From assembly GCA_038841535.1 (NCBI GenBank), contig JAWBTQ010000003.1:64001-128000 (forward strand): DNA of 64,000 nt. The letters run 5' to 3'. Made by a program: the position numbers and the translations under genes. This DNA comes from Sulfolobales archaeon. Lineage in GTDB: Archaea; Thermoproteota; Thermoprotei_A; Sulfolobales; NBVN01. The notes beneath the pieces are model-generated. The model saw nothing but the letters and a program-made list of their open reading frames with translations, searched no databases and was not told the DNA's origin. Of this stretch, positions 1 through 9,386 are shown piece by piece (the first letter of the stretch is position 1; each line of letters starts with the position of its first letter).

Positions 1-67
1 GGAATCCCACTTAGAGATGGGATTAAATAGGTTAATAACTACGCTTAGCTTCTATAGGGGGTAGTAC

Positions 68-262
68 ATGAGAAAGGAATTTCGAGAAGTGTTAGAGAGG
101 GGAGGTGTGAAAGTACTTGATGTCTATAGGCATAAAGATAGGGATTCCATCAGGTTTCTATATAGAGGTAAAGTGTATCTAGCGAGTCTTAAAGGTTTCT
201 ACGACGCTATGAAACCTGAAGAGCTTCTCAACATTCTGCTGTCTCAAGTTGAGGGAAAGTAA
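68..262 (+). CDS. small hypothetical protein (64 aa)
   Basis: ATG ORF with G-rich SD-like upstream sequence and protein-like composition; no family recognised. Confidence 0.6.
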   Translation: MRKEFREVLERGGVKVLDVYRHKDRDSIRFLYRGKVYLASLKGFYDAMKPEELLNILLSQVEGK

Positions 263-411
263 AGCTGGCAACTAGTGATAACATCCTAGAACTTTAACCT
301 ACTGCTCAATACTTTCAATAGCTGGTGCCGCACAAAACTAGCGAGTTACTAATAAGAGAGCATGTCGTGAGTAGTGAATTAGTTTTATGACTTGCGAAGG
401 GAGGCTGTTTG

Positions 412-603
412 AGGGGTTCAGCTCTGATGTAAGTTCACATAGGTTGGTTTCATTGCCTCATCTCTGTTCCCCCGTACTCCGCTCGGGTCTTCATCGGGCT
501 TAGGGGCGTTCGGGGCGACCTCAGGCACTCCACATCTTGAGTAACTCGGGGAGAGTCGATCTACAGAGCTCTAAACCCCTTATCGAGCTACTTCCACATA
601 TCA
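412..603 (-). mobile_element. non-autonomous tnpB-derived mini-element/omegaRNA-like repeat, copy 1
   Basis: Aligns by eye with 37127-37324 and with the reverse complement of 59131-59328 (shared CAAGATGT.GAG.GCC, GCCCC...GGGGGAA and GAGC.GAACCCT-like blocks); the TnpB origin is recalled, not searched. Confidence 0.6.
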
Positions 604-696
604 CCACACAAGCGTCTCCATCCACATAAACAAAGTATGGAAAGATGTGAAACCTGAAACAGCTACTCAAGGCAAATGACGTTGATCAGTTTGCTG

Positions 697-984
697 CTAT
701 TTTACCCTTAGTTCAACCAGCTTTCTTCCTATTAGTTTAACTACTTCATACTTGCTAATGCCGTTCGGTACTTTTAATACTATTAGTGCTGAAGGCTTGA
801 ACCACGCTCTCGGATACCTTCCTTCTTTTACTTCAAACTTGTAGCCTAAAATCTCACACGCCTTGAGTACTTCAGCTAGCTTAGGCTCAGGTACAGTAAG
901 TGCTTTAGAGAGCTTTCTTCCGTATTTACGGCTTAGGTTTTGATCGAAGTAGTTAATCCATATTCTTACTTCCTTATCTACCAT
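697..984 (-). CDS. srp19: signal recognition particle protein SRP19
   Basis: IWINYFD...SRKYGRK and YPRAW motifs; lies next to S8e as is usual. Confidence 0.93.
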   Translation of the reverse strand: MVDKEVRIWINYFDQNLSRKYGRKLSKALTVPEPKLAEVLKACEILGYKFEVKEGRYPRAWFKPSALIVLKVPNGISKYEVVKLIGRKLVELRVK

Positions 985-989
985 CAGAG

Positions 990-1382
990 CTACCGGTTGG
1001 TCTTGATTAGAACAGCATTTACTACTCCGTCTCTAGAAGGCCTTGACGTAACTTGAGCAAGACCTGCTTCAGTCTCAATTACCGATCCTTTAGTTATTAT
1101 CCCTAACCTCACGTATTCTCTGTTAGCTCTGTTTTCGACGACCTTAGTTATCTTTACTTTTCTACAGGTCTTTGCTTCCGGGTCATATACGTTGGCATAC
1201 GAAACTAGCTTAGCCCTCACAAGAATGCGGCCCCCCATGACCCTCTCCTTTATCCTAACGTCCTTACTCCCGGTTTTCGTCAGTAGTGGATAACCACCTA
1301 ACTCATACTTCCTCTTCTTCCTACTAGGTCTCCTCACACCACCCGATATCTTTCTGGAGTCATTTCCTTGGTATATAGCCAT
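990..1382 (-). CDS. rps8e: 30S ribosomal protein S8e
   Basis: KKRKYELG, GIITKGSVIET and VTSRPSRDGVVNAVL motifs. Confidence 0.97.
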   Translation of the reverse strand: MAIYQGNDSRKISGGVRRPSRKKRKYELGGYPLLTKTGSKDVRIKERVMGGRILVRAKLVSYANVYDPEAKTCRKVKITKVVENRANREYVRLGIITKGSVIETEAGLAQVTSRPSRDGVVNAVLIKTNR

Positions 1383-1483
1383 ATACTGTTGCCCACTACT
1401 TAAGATAGTGCTTGCTTATTAAGCTTGTGAAATTACTGAAAAGTTTTTAGGATTGACTAATGCCCCTATAATGGGGGAAGAGA

Positions 1484-1750
1484 GTGGTGAGACCAGCCCT
1501 CAGATCGAGGTCTCCAAAGAGGGTATCCAGAAGGACCCCAAGTGGTAAGTCTAAGGTATTTTATGGGAGAAGAGATTCATATAATGCTTACTGCCCATTA
1601 TGCGGCAAGCCTTTAGGAGGAGTTCCAAAGAGCCTTAAAGAAGTAAGACTCGGATTCAAGTCGCGTAAGAGACCTGAGAGACCCTATGCTGGGATGCTTT
1701 GTCCCTTGTGTCTAGCACTAGCATACAAGGTAGCGGTACGTAGTATGTAA
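1484..1750 (+). CDS. rpl34e: 50S ribosomal protein L34e
   Basis: RRTPSG, CPLCGKPLGG and RPERPYAGMLCPLC motifs. Confidence 0.96.
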   Translation: MVRPALRSRSPKRVSRRTPSGKSKVFYGRRDSYNAYCPLCGKPLGGVPKSLKEVRLGFKSRKRPERPYAGMLCPLCLALAYKVAVRSM

Positions 1751-1758
1751 GCTAGGCG

Positions 1759-2346
1759 GTGGTTTTGGTAGATCTTTGCGAAGCTGGTTTTGTTGTTGCT
1801 ATTAGTGGAAAACCAGGAAGTGGAAAGACTACACTAGCTAAAAACATAGCTAGAGAGCTTAACCTAAGATACGTCTCCATGGGGCAGATCTTTAGGAATA
1901 TAGCTGCTGAGAGGATGATCAGCTTAGAAGAGCTTAGTAAAGTAGCTGAGGAGGATCCAAGCATAGACTACCTCATCGACAGTACGGCTATAGAAGAAGC
2001 TAAAAGAGGTTGTGTCGTCCTAGACGGACATTTAACGGGATGGATCCTTAAGGATATAGCGCACATAAAGATACTTACATACGCCCCACTTCAAGTCAGG
2101 GCAGAGAGATTAGCAAAACGAGATGGAAAAACTGTTGAGGAAGCTCTACACGAAATTAAAGTGAGGGAAAACTCCGAAGTTCGGAGGTACAAGAAGTACT
2201 ATGAAATCGATGTAAGCAACTTAGACGTGTTTGACATTATACTCAACACGTCTTTGTTAAGTGAGGAAGAAGCAGCTAGAGTGGCTACTGAAGTAATTAA
2301 GATTCTAGCCCCATTAAAATTTAAGAAAGAAGAGAAGAAGATATAA
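1759..2346 (+). CDS. cmk: cytidylate kinase
   Basis: P-loop GKPGSGKTT, SMGQIFR; conserved position after L34e. Confidence 0.93.
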   Translation: MVLVDLCEAGFVVAISGKPGSGKTTLAKNIARELNLRYVSMGQIFRNIAAERMISLEELSKVAEEDPSIDYLIDSTAIEEAKRGCVVLDGHLTGWILKDIAHIKILTYAPLQVRAERLAKRDGKTVEEALHEIKVRENSEVRRYKKYYEIDVSNLDVFDIILNTSLLSEEEAARVATEVIKILAPLKFKKEEKKI

Positions 2347-2354
2347 AGGAAGTA

Positions 2355-2439
2355 GCCGGGGTGCCCGAGCGGTCTAAGGGGCCGGCCTTGAGAGCCGGTG
2401 GGTTAGGCGCCCGCGCGGGTTCGAATCCCGCCCCCGGCG
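2355..2439 (+). tRNA. tRNA-Ser(TGA)
   Basis: GCCGGGG/CCCCGGC acceptor stem, anticodon arm CCGGC-CTTGAGA-GCCGG, long variable arm, GGTTCGAATCC T-loop. Confidence 0.97.
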
Positions 2440-2838
2440 CCTCGCAGAACTGTTTTGGGTTTTATACTGGTTCATAGTGTTTGTTGCTATTCTTCTGCTA
2501 TTATTACGTATAGCGGAGTCTTATCCTCTCCTTGTCTTTCCTGTGCGTGTGAAACTGGACTAAACACGTGTGGAGACGATATTAGCTGCTTAAGAGAGCG
2601 TTAAAAGATGACGATATCTTAATAAGCTACTAGGGTATGAGACTTGTGGTATGGTACTTTTCCAAAAGCATGGAGTTCCTGTTCGCCGTCTTTGTCTGTT
2701 TTACTCCTGAAATAAGATAGGGAGCGTAGTCTTCTGGAGAGTGAGGGATGTCCGTATTTGGATTAGTTCTTATAAACATCTTTCAGCTCAAGTAAAAAGT
2801 GCGGTGGGAGTATTAAGAAGGGTAGGCTCGTTGTTTTC

Positions 2839-3045
2839 GTGAGTTACGGTCCCAGGTCTCAGCAGAATATTAGAAAGCTTAGTCTGATGATGGAGAAACT
2901 TAAGGAGTACTTCGAGATATCCTTAATTCACGTACCAGATGATGTGGCTGATGATTTGCCTTATATTAGAATAGAGCCACTCGATGGTGCAGAGATTCCG
3001 CTTAGAGAAGTAGATTTAATGCGCGAGCTTGAGAGTAAAGTTTAA
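2839..3045 (+). CDS. hypothetical protein
   Basis: ORF just upstream of the Lrp gene, downstream of TATA-like TTATAAA (~2770); frame is open upstream, so an ATT start at 2812 is possible. Confidence 0.55.
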   Translation: MSYGPRSQQNIRKLSLMMEKLKEYFEISLIHVPDDVADDLPYIRIEPLDGAEIPLREVDLMRELESKV

Positions 3046-3078
3046 ATGCTTACCTCTCCCTTTGTATTTGGTGCTAGA

Positions 3079-3342
3079 ATGTCTGAAGGTTCGGCTACAG
3101 CAATAGTGCTACTGAATACCGATATAGGGTCGGAGGATGAAGTACTAGAGCAGCTATCAAGAATAGATGGGGTTATAGAAGCTAGTGTAGTTTATGGAGT
3201 CTACGACGTTGTAGTTAAGGTTAGAGCAAAAACGATCGAAGAACTTAAAGAAATAATTACAAATAGAATCAGAAAGCTATCGAAGGTTAAGTCTACTTTA
3301 ACTATGATCGTTGTAGAGGGTAAAACCTTCGAGAAGAAGTAG
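3079..3342 (+). CDS. Lrp/AsnC ligand-binding (RAM) domain protein
   Basis: VYGVYDVVVKV and IRKLSKVKSTLTMI motifs; stand-alone RAM domain; ATG 3079 preferred over 3046. Confidence 0.9.
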   Translation: MSEGSATAIVLLNTDIGSEDEVLEQLSRIDGVIEASVVYGVYDVVVKVRAKTIEELKEIITNRIRKLSKVKSTLTMIVVEGKTFEKK

Positions 3343-3344
3343 GA

Positions 3345-4679
3345 TTGAAGATATCTATTGGAATAGATAGTGTTGACTCTCAATACGGTGGATGCACTAC
3401 TCATGTTCTATACCGCATTTTTAAAAGACTCGTTGATAAAAGATATATTAAGAGTATAGTTGATTACCCATACTTAGTTAGGCTAAACCCATCAATACCG
3501 TATAAGACTCGCGGAAACGGTGCCGTAGCAATAAATCTCGAGCTTAGAGTGAGTGAATCCCTTAATGCCCTGATAGACGAGGTAGCTAATGTAGTAGTAG
3601 AGTACATCAACGATGTTCAAGGTGAACTATCGAGGGCCTGTGTCGCAATAGTGCCCTACGAGCTTAGTGAGCACTTTAACGAAATCTATGTGAAGGCGCT
3701 GACAGATTTCGTGCACCTAGATTATGTCAGCAACTTCATTAAGCCTATAAGGGACGAGGTTATCTTGCCCTTCGGGTTAAACAAGGGATGTGTAGGTGCT
3801 TTAGCTGCGCTAGGATGGGATAAGTCAACGTGTAGTTACGAACTCCTAATATACAGGTCTGTGTTTGATAAGGAGAAAAGTAGAGAGGTAGTTGACAGTA
3901 GGGTTTTAGCTGAGCTAGACTCTTTAGAAGAGTACGGAACGTTCTGTAATTATGACTATGAAAGCGGTAGAGCGGTATCAGTACCTCGCGGACCTGATCC
4001 TGTGCTCTTAGGGATACGAGGGCTAGACCCGGATAAATTAGTTAAAGCTCTCAGCTTTCTTAGGTTAAGTGAAGCAGTTGAGGGGTGGTTCATCTTCAAA
4101 ACAAATCAAGCCACTGGCGCACATATGGTCCCGAGGACTTCACTCGAGTTAAAGCCCTTCAGAACAGGCTGCCTTACTGGGGTAGTTAATTACGTATCTA
4201 TATACCCTGGTGGAGACGTTGTTCTAAGTCTAACAGACGGACTTGGGAAAATTGACGCAGCTGTGTTTAAGGAAAGCGGTTTAACGAGATACGCTCGCAA
4301 GTTAATAGCGGGCGATGTTGTGAAAGTATGTGGGTCGGTGAAACTATGGGACAACTTAAGACCGGTCCTACACGTAGAGTTCTTGGAAATCATAGACCTC
4401 GCAGACAAGTACTTAAGGCTTAACCCGAGGTGCCCTAAGTGTGGCGCGCGGATGAAATCCTCTGGAAGAAATAAGGGTTATAAGTGCTTAAAGTGCGGCT
4501 TCAAAGCAAGTGACCTACGGTCGGAGATCTTGAAGTTACGTAGAGATATAGACATTGGAGTATACCTACCTACGTGCAGATCCGTTAAGCACCTCAGTAT
4601 TCCAGCTCCTCTTCTAAACATGTCTCTAGACTGCTGCGAAAAGCCTCCTACAGTGGTTTCAGACTTCTATTACCAGTAG
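3345..4679 (+). CDS. tiaS: tRNA(Ile2) agmatinylcytidine synthase
   Basis: GIDSVDS..GGCTTH, LVRLNPSIPYKTRGNGAV, TNQAT, C-terminal CPKC...CLKC zinc ribbon. Confidence 0.96.
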   Translation: MKISIGIDSVDSQYGGCTTHVLYRIFKRLVDKRYIKSIVDYPYLVRLNPSIPYKTRGNGAVAINLELRVSESLNALIDEVANVVVEYINDVQGELSRACVAIVPYELSEHFNEIYVKALTDFVHLDYVSNFIKPIRDEVILPFGLNKGCVGALAALGWDKSTCSYELLIYRSVFDKEKSREVVDSRVLAELDSLEEYGTFCNYDYESGRAVSVPRGPDPVLLGIRGLDPDKLVKALSFLRLSEAVEGWFIFKTNQATGAHMVPRTSLELKPFRTGCLTGVVNYVSIYPGGDVVLSLTDGLGKIDAAVFKESGLTRYARKLIAGDVVKVCGSVKLWDNLRPVLHVEFLEIIDLADKYLRLNPRCPKCGARMKSSGRNKGYKCLKCGFKASDLRSEILKLRRDIDIGVYLPTCRSVKHLSIPAPLLNMSLDCCEKPPTVVSDFYYQ

Positions 4680-4811
4680 TGCGGTCATAAACTTACCGTC
4701 ACAAACTATGAACTAGCTAAGGTTTGAACTGCCCGTACGTATAAGTAAGTTTAAGTAAACGTTATAACTATTTAAAAGCCAAAAAGCTAGCTTAGTAGTG
4801 GTGCACACTTA

Positions 4812-5387
4812 GTGGGATTAGTTCTTAATAAAGATACAGTAGAAGTGAGATTTCACGGTCGCGGAGGGCAGGGAGCCGTAACAGCAGCTCACATCCTAGT
4901 AGACGCAGCAATGAGGGCAGGTCTTTGGGGAACAGCTTTTCCGTTCTTCGGTGCAGAAAGAAGGGGAGCACCAGTAACAGCATATGCTAGAATAAGTCAT
5001 AGTAAAGTTCTGACGAAGTCTATGATCAGGAGACCGGATGCTGTCGTTGTTTTGGATCCAGCCATAATGAAGTACGTAAACGTGTTCGATGGGTTAAAGG
5101 AGGGTGGGGTTGCCGTTATTAACTCTATAGAGCCGCCGACACTCCCCATTAAGATCAAGCTCTACGTTGTTGACGCAACTAGAATAGCCCTTGACTTAGG
5201 TCTCGTTCTTGCGGGCTGGCCGTTAGTTAACGTGGCGATGGTCGGAGCTCTTTCCCGTATTATCGGTATAAAACCAAACTACGTTCTTGAGGCAGTAACT
5301 AATATTCTCACTGGGAGATCTGCGGAACTCAACGCTAGGGCTGCTGAAAGGGCCTATTATGAGGTGAGTGAAGTTGGAGCAAACTGA
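4812..5387 (+). CDS. porC: 2-oxoacid (pyruvate/ketoisovalerate):ferredoxin oxidoreductase gamma subunit
   Basis: EVRFHGRGGQGAVTAA, FPFFGAERRGAPV. Confidence 0.93.
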   Translation: MGLVLNKDTVEVRFHGRGGQGAVTAAHILVDAAMRAGLWGTAFPFFGAERRGAPVTAYARISHSKVLTKSMIRRPDAVVVLDPAIMKYVNVFDGLKEGGVAVINSIEPPTLPIKIKLYVVDATRIALDLGLVLAGWPLVNVAMVGALSRIIGIKPNYVLEAVTNILTGRSAELNARAAERAYYEVSEVGAN

Positions 5388-5646
5388 GTACCTCCTACCT
5401 CTATCAAGACCTAAGATTGGAGTTCAGGGAGTTACCGGTAGCTGGAGGATTAGAAAGCCTGCTATAAATTACGGCAAGTGTGTTGGGTGTGGGTTGTGCT
5501 GGCTCTATTGCCCTGACAGTGTAATCGATATTGAAAATAATGGAGCACGATTCAGAGTAGCTATAGACTATACTTACTGCAAGGGATGTGGAATCTGTGC
5601 GTCTATTTGCCCCGTAAAGGCTATTGAGATGGTGAAGGAGGTGTAG
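5368..5646 (+). CDS. porD: 2-oxoacid:ferredoxin oxidoreductase delta subunit
   Basis: TGSWR..KP plus two CxxCxxCxxxCP motifs. Confidence 0.93.
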   Translation: MKLEQTEYLLPLSRPKIGVQGVTGSWRIRKPAINYGKCVGCGLCWLYCPDSVIDIENNGARFRVAIDYTYCKGCGICASICPVKAIEMVKEV

Positions 5647-5650
5647 TTTA

Positions 5651-6829
5651 ATGGCTAAGCTTACTCTAACCGGTAACTACTGTGTAGCGTATGCCGTAAA
5701 ACTCTCGAAAGTCAGAGTAGTATCCGCCTACCCTATCACACCCCAGACAACAATAGTTGAAAAGATTAGTGAATTTGTTGACTTAGGTGACGCCGATATA
5801 AGAATGATAAGAGTAGAGTCAGAGCATTCCGCATTAGCAGCAGTATACGGTGCGGCTACAGCTGGTGTTAGAGCGTTTACTGCGACTTCATCTCACGGTC
5901 TTCTCTACATGCACGAGATGGTTTGGTGGGTGGCTCAAGCCAGAGTGCCCCTAGTTATGGCAGTTGTTACGAGAACTATCGGACCCCCTTGGAACATATG
6001 GACCGACCACCACGATATCATGGACCAGAGAGATACCGGTTGGTTAATAATGATGGCGGAAAGCAACCAGGAGGTACTTGATGAAACCATAAAGCTCTTC
6101 AAGATAACTGAAGATCCCGAAGTCTACTTACCGGGTATAGTGGGTTTAGATGCATTCATTTTAAGTCATACTGTTGAACCGGTTGAGATACCTGAGCAAG
6201 AATTGGTTGATTCGTTCCTTCCTGAGAGGCGGCAACCTTATGTGATAAAGTCTGGTGAAGCGTTAATTATGGGCAATGTCCCGTCGGATCTGCTCGCTAA
6301 CTCTCGGATGAGGTGGGATGTTCATATAGGGTTAAGAAAAGCTGAAAAAGTGATCGACAGAGTAGACCTAGAATGGGGAAAACTCACCGGTAGGCATTAT
6401 GGAGGTTTGATTGAGTGTTATAAGTGTGAAGACGCTGACTACCTTTTCGTAGGTACTGGAGCTTGGGTTGGTGATATGAGATTAGCTGCTGATAGACTTA
6501 GGGCTACTGGTGTAAGATTCGGTGTTCTTAAGATTAGATACGTGCGGCCATTCCCGCATCTGAGGGTGTTGGATTCTATTAGAGGTAAGAAGGGTGCTCT
6601 AGTCTTTGATAGGTCGGTGTCAGCTGGTTCCGCTGGACCATTATTCTTAGACTTAGTATCGCATCTGTATCCACATAGATTGAGCATCCCAATAAAGAAT
6701 GTGGTAGCTGGTCTGGCTGGCTACGAAGTCAACTACGAGGACTTCTTCAAGATAGGTGAGTCGTTCGTAAGAGAAGTATCGGAAACTGGCTGGACTTCGA
6801 GCTTCCTTGAGTTTTATCCCGGTAGGTGA
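5651..6829 (+). CDS. porA: 2-oxoacid:ferredoxin oxidoreductase alpha subunit
   Basis: AYPITPQT, VESEHSA, FTATSSHGL. Confidence 0.93.
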   Translation: MAKLTLTGNYCVAYAVKLSKVRVVSAYPITPQTTIVEKISEFVDLGDADIRMIRVESEHSALAAVYGAATAGVRAFTATSSHGLLYMHEMVWWVAQARVPLVMAVVTRTIGPPWNIWTDHHDIMDQRDTGWLIMMAESNQEVLDETIKLFKITEDPEVYLPGIVGLDAFILSHTVEPVEIPEQELVDSFLPERRQPYVIKSGEALIMGNVPSDLLANSRMRWDVHIGLRKAEKVIDRVDLEWGKLTGRHYGGLIECYKCEDADYLFVGTGAWVGDMRLAADRLRATGVRFGVLKIRYVRPFPHLRVLDSIRGKKGALVFDRSVSAGSAGPLFLDLVSHLYPHRLSIPIKNVVAGLAGYEVNYEDFFKIGESFVREVSETGWTSSFLEFYPGR

Positions 6830-6835
6830 TATGGG

Positions 6836-7729
6836 ATGCCTTTAACCATCAGAGATCTACCTAAAGAGAAGTATGTGTTACCTGGTAACGCTGCCTGCCC
6901 TGGCTGCCCTGAGGCCATGGGTTTAAGGTATGTTGGTATGGCTTTAGGTAGTAAAGCCATCCTAGTTATACCCGCTGGTTGTACGTCGATAATTCAGGGG
7001 TTAATGCCTGGTTCTGGACTATCATTTCCGATAGTGAATGTAGCGTTTAGTTCAGCTGATGCTGTAGCTTCTGGGGTCTCGGCTGCTAAAGAACTAATTG
7101 CTGAAGAATCCGTAGTCGTTGTGTGGGCTGGCGATGGAGCTACTGCTGATATAGGATTTGCTACACTGTCTGGAGCAGCAGAAAGAAACGATAATATCAT
7201 ACACATATGCGTCGATAACGAAGCTTACATGAATACTGGCATTCAAAGGTCATCACTTACACCACTTGGAGCATGGACAACTACGACTTGGAAAGGGAAG
7301 ACGGAGCCTAAGAAGAACATGCCGCTGATAATGATTTCGCATGGAGTTCCATACGTTGCTACAGCTAGTGTCGCCTACCCAATGGACTTCATCGAGAAGC
7401 TGAGGAAGGCGGCATCGATTAAAGGATTTAAGTATGTTCACCTGCATGCACCATGCCCAGTTGGTTGGAGATTTGATCCCTCTGAGACCGTTGAAATAGC
7501 TAGACTCGCCATTGAAACCGGGTTGTGGGTATTGATGGAGGCTGAAAACGGAAAAATAAGTATATCACCACCTAGCAGACCCTATATTGATAAAAACAGG
7601 AGAAAGCCTCTGAGAGAGTATCTGGGGAGGCAAGGAAGGTTTAGAGATCTATCCGATGAATTAGTTAAAGAAGTAGAGAAAGAAGTAGATGAATACTGGA
7701 AATTGCTAGTAAAACTATCTGGCCAGTAG
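6836..7729 (+). CDS. porB: 2-oxoacid:ferredoxin oxidoreductase beta subunit
   Basis: ACPGC, TPP-binding GDG...DNEAYMNTGIQRS. Confidence 0.93.
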   Translation: MPLTIRDLPKEKYVLPGNAACPGCPEAMGLRYVGMALGSKAILVIPAGCTSIIQGLMPGSGLSFPIVNVAFSSADAVASGVSAAKELIAEESVVVVWAGDGATADIGFATLSGAAERNDNIIHICVDNEAYMNTGIQRSSLTPLGAWTTTTWKGKTEPKKNMPLIMISHGVPYVATASVAYPMDFIEKLRKAASIKGFKYVHLHAPCPVGWRFDPSETVEIARLAIETGLWVLMEAENGKISISPPSRPYIDKNRRKPLREYLGRQGRFRDLSDELVKEVEKEVDEYWKLLVKLSGQ

Positions 7730-7897
7730 ATTCAGTAAGGCTATTGAAACTACGAAGACTAATGAAATAATTATTAGCTGTTTAGGAGTTATTTCGAAAA
7801 CGGACTCTACTTCCTCAAAAAATCTAACAAGACCAGCTCCAGGTGATACTGGTGCCTCCTTACGCTTTCTTCTAGTAGCAGACATCTTCTTTACCAT
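7715..7897 (-). CDS. secG: preprotein translocase subunit Sec61beta (SecG)
   Basis: GAGLVRFFEE...ITP followed by a C-terminal TM helix. Confidence 0.9.
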   Translation of the reverse strand: MVKKMSATRRKRKEAPVSPGAGLVRFFEEVESVFEITPKQLIIISLVFVVSIALLNLLAR

Positions 7898-7953
7898 AAT
7901 ACTTTAGCACTTAAGAGATATAAGCGTTCAGAGTCCAACCCTTTGGATCCAGT

Positions 7954-8220
7954 ATGCTGACCATTAAAGAAGTTCAAAAAATAATGAAATCTATGTTTTA
8001 TGAAAGAGACTACTCTAGAGGGGTGTATGCGACATTTACGTGGTTAGTTGAAGAGGTGGGTGAGCTAGCAGATGCGATTCTCAATAACAATAGAAAAAGT
8101 ATTCAAGAAGAAATAGCTGATGTAGTAGCGTGGACACTATCGCTGGCAAACCTTTTGGATATAGATGTAGAGGAAGCTATCAAGGAAAAATACTACCAGA
8201 CTAGAGCTTGTGGGACATAA
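7954..8220 (+). CDS. MazG-like nucleotide pyrophosphohydrolase
   Basis: WLVEEVGEL...EEIADVVAW motif. Confidence 0.9.
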   Translation: MLTIKEVQKIMKSMFYERDYSRGVYATFTWLVEEVGELADAILNNNRKSIQEEIADVVAWTLSLANLLDIDVEEAIKEKYYQTRACGT

Positions 8221-8227
8221 TTCCCAC

Positions 8228-8501
8228 TCCAGAGGAAAAGAAGGGGAGGGTTGAGAAATAGCCGCCTAGACACCCCACTTTATCTACTGGAAATTTCCAG
8301 ACGATAGAACAAAGCTCTGAATTTGATTGTAATTTATTCTAATTTAGTTTGTATAAAATTACGTTTAAGAATGATTAACACGGCATATACGTAATCAATA
8401 AATCTCACAGAATCATTTACCATATTTTGGAGTGGAAATGATGGGGTGTGTGTAGCTACTCTTTAGTGGGAATTTTGTGGGATTCAGTAGAAAAGATGGG
8501 G
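8228..8501. promoter_or_regulatory. oriC: putative replication origin (ORB elements flanking an AT-rich DUE)
   Basis: ORB-like 19-mers TCCAGAGGAAAAGAAGGGG (8228,+), TCCAGTAGATAAAGTGGGG (8273-8291,-), TGGAGTGGAAATGATGGGG (8428,+), TTCAGTAGAAAAGATGGGG (8483,+) around an AT-rich ~110 bp core. Confidence 0.75.
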
Positions 8502-8527
8502 TATTGATAGGTGAATTAGGACTCAGC

Positions 8528-9385
8528 TTATTCGGTATTGGCCGAGGATCTACCGATGCTGTTAAGAACATTGAATAGGTTGTTTACCATTACATCAAAT
8601 GACTTCGAGATTGGAGAATCAGGTTTATCTATGATCAGAATTCTCCCAGTTTTCACATACTCCGGTAGTTCTAGGTCTACGGGAATCTTTGCTAGTATTG
8701 GTATCTTATACTTCGATGATAGTGCTTCAACCACTGAGTCGCCGAAGATATTGTACTTAGTGCTTGTCCCGGGACAGTAGAAGTAGCTCATATTCTCGAT
8801 GAGTCCAATAGGCTTAATCCCAACTAGTTTAGCAAAGTTAATTGCTCTTGTTACAACGTTTTTAGCTATATCAGATGGTATCGTAACGATCAATGAGCCA
8901 TCTATGTACTTGACTGTTTGTGCTAAAGTTAAAGCTTCATCACCTGTTCCGGGAGGCATATCTATTACTAAAAAGTCTAAATTACCCCAACTTACTTCTG
9001 TTAATAGTTGAATAATCGCGCTAGACTTTAGAGGACCTCTCCAAATAACTGGAGTTTCATCGTCTGGAGCCAGAAACGCTAAGGACATTACCTTAATTCC
9101 TAGAGGTCCTTCAACAGGTTCTATTCCTCCAAGAGTTAAGCTAGGTCGCTTATTTCTTAAACCAAGAAATAAGTGAGAAGATGGACCATGAAAATCCAGG
9201 TCTAACAAACCCACTTTCAAACCATTTTTAGCTAGAGCTACGGCCATGTAAGAAGCTATCAAGGACTTTCCAACACCACCTTTACCACTCATTACTGAGA
9301 TCTTATAATTTATTTGTTCAAGGACCTCCCGAACTTTCTTATCTATGATATCTCGTGGGTTTAGTGTTGGTAAGTTAACTCTTAT
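8528..9385 (-). CDS. mrp: Mrp/NBP35 Fe-S cluster carrier ATPase
   Basis: SGKGGVGKS, WRGP, DMPPGTGD, ENMS..C; frame stays open 31 codons upstream of ATG 9292 to an ATA at 9385 behind GGTGA. Confidence 0.9.
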   Translation of the reverse strand: MRVNLPTLNPRDIIDKKVREVLEQINYKISVMSGKGGVGKSLIASYMAVALAKNGLKVGLLDLDFHGPSSHLFLGLRNKRPSLTLGGIEPVEGPLGIKVMSLAFLAPDDETPVIWRGPLKSSAIIQLLTEVSWGNLDFLVIDMPPGTGDEALTLAQTVKYIDGSLIVTIPSDIAKNVVTRAINFAKLVGIKPIGLIENMSYFYCPGTSTKYNIFGDSVVEALSSKYKIPILAKIPVDLELPEYVKTGRILIIDKPDSPISKSFDVMVNNLFNVLNSIGRSSANTE

Positions 9386-9386
9386 T

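Noticed and set aside
412-603. Possible SRP (7S) RNA next to srp19
   Set aside because: No helix-8 motif recognised, too short, and the sequence recurs twice elsewhere as a dispersed repeat
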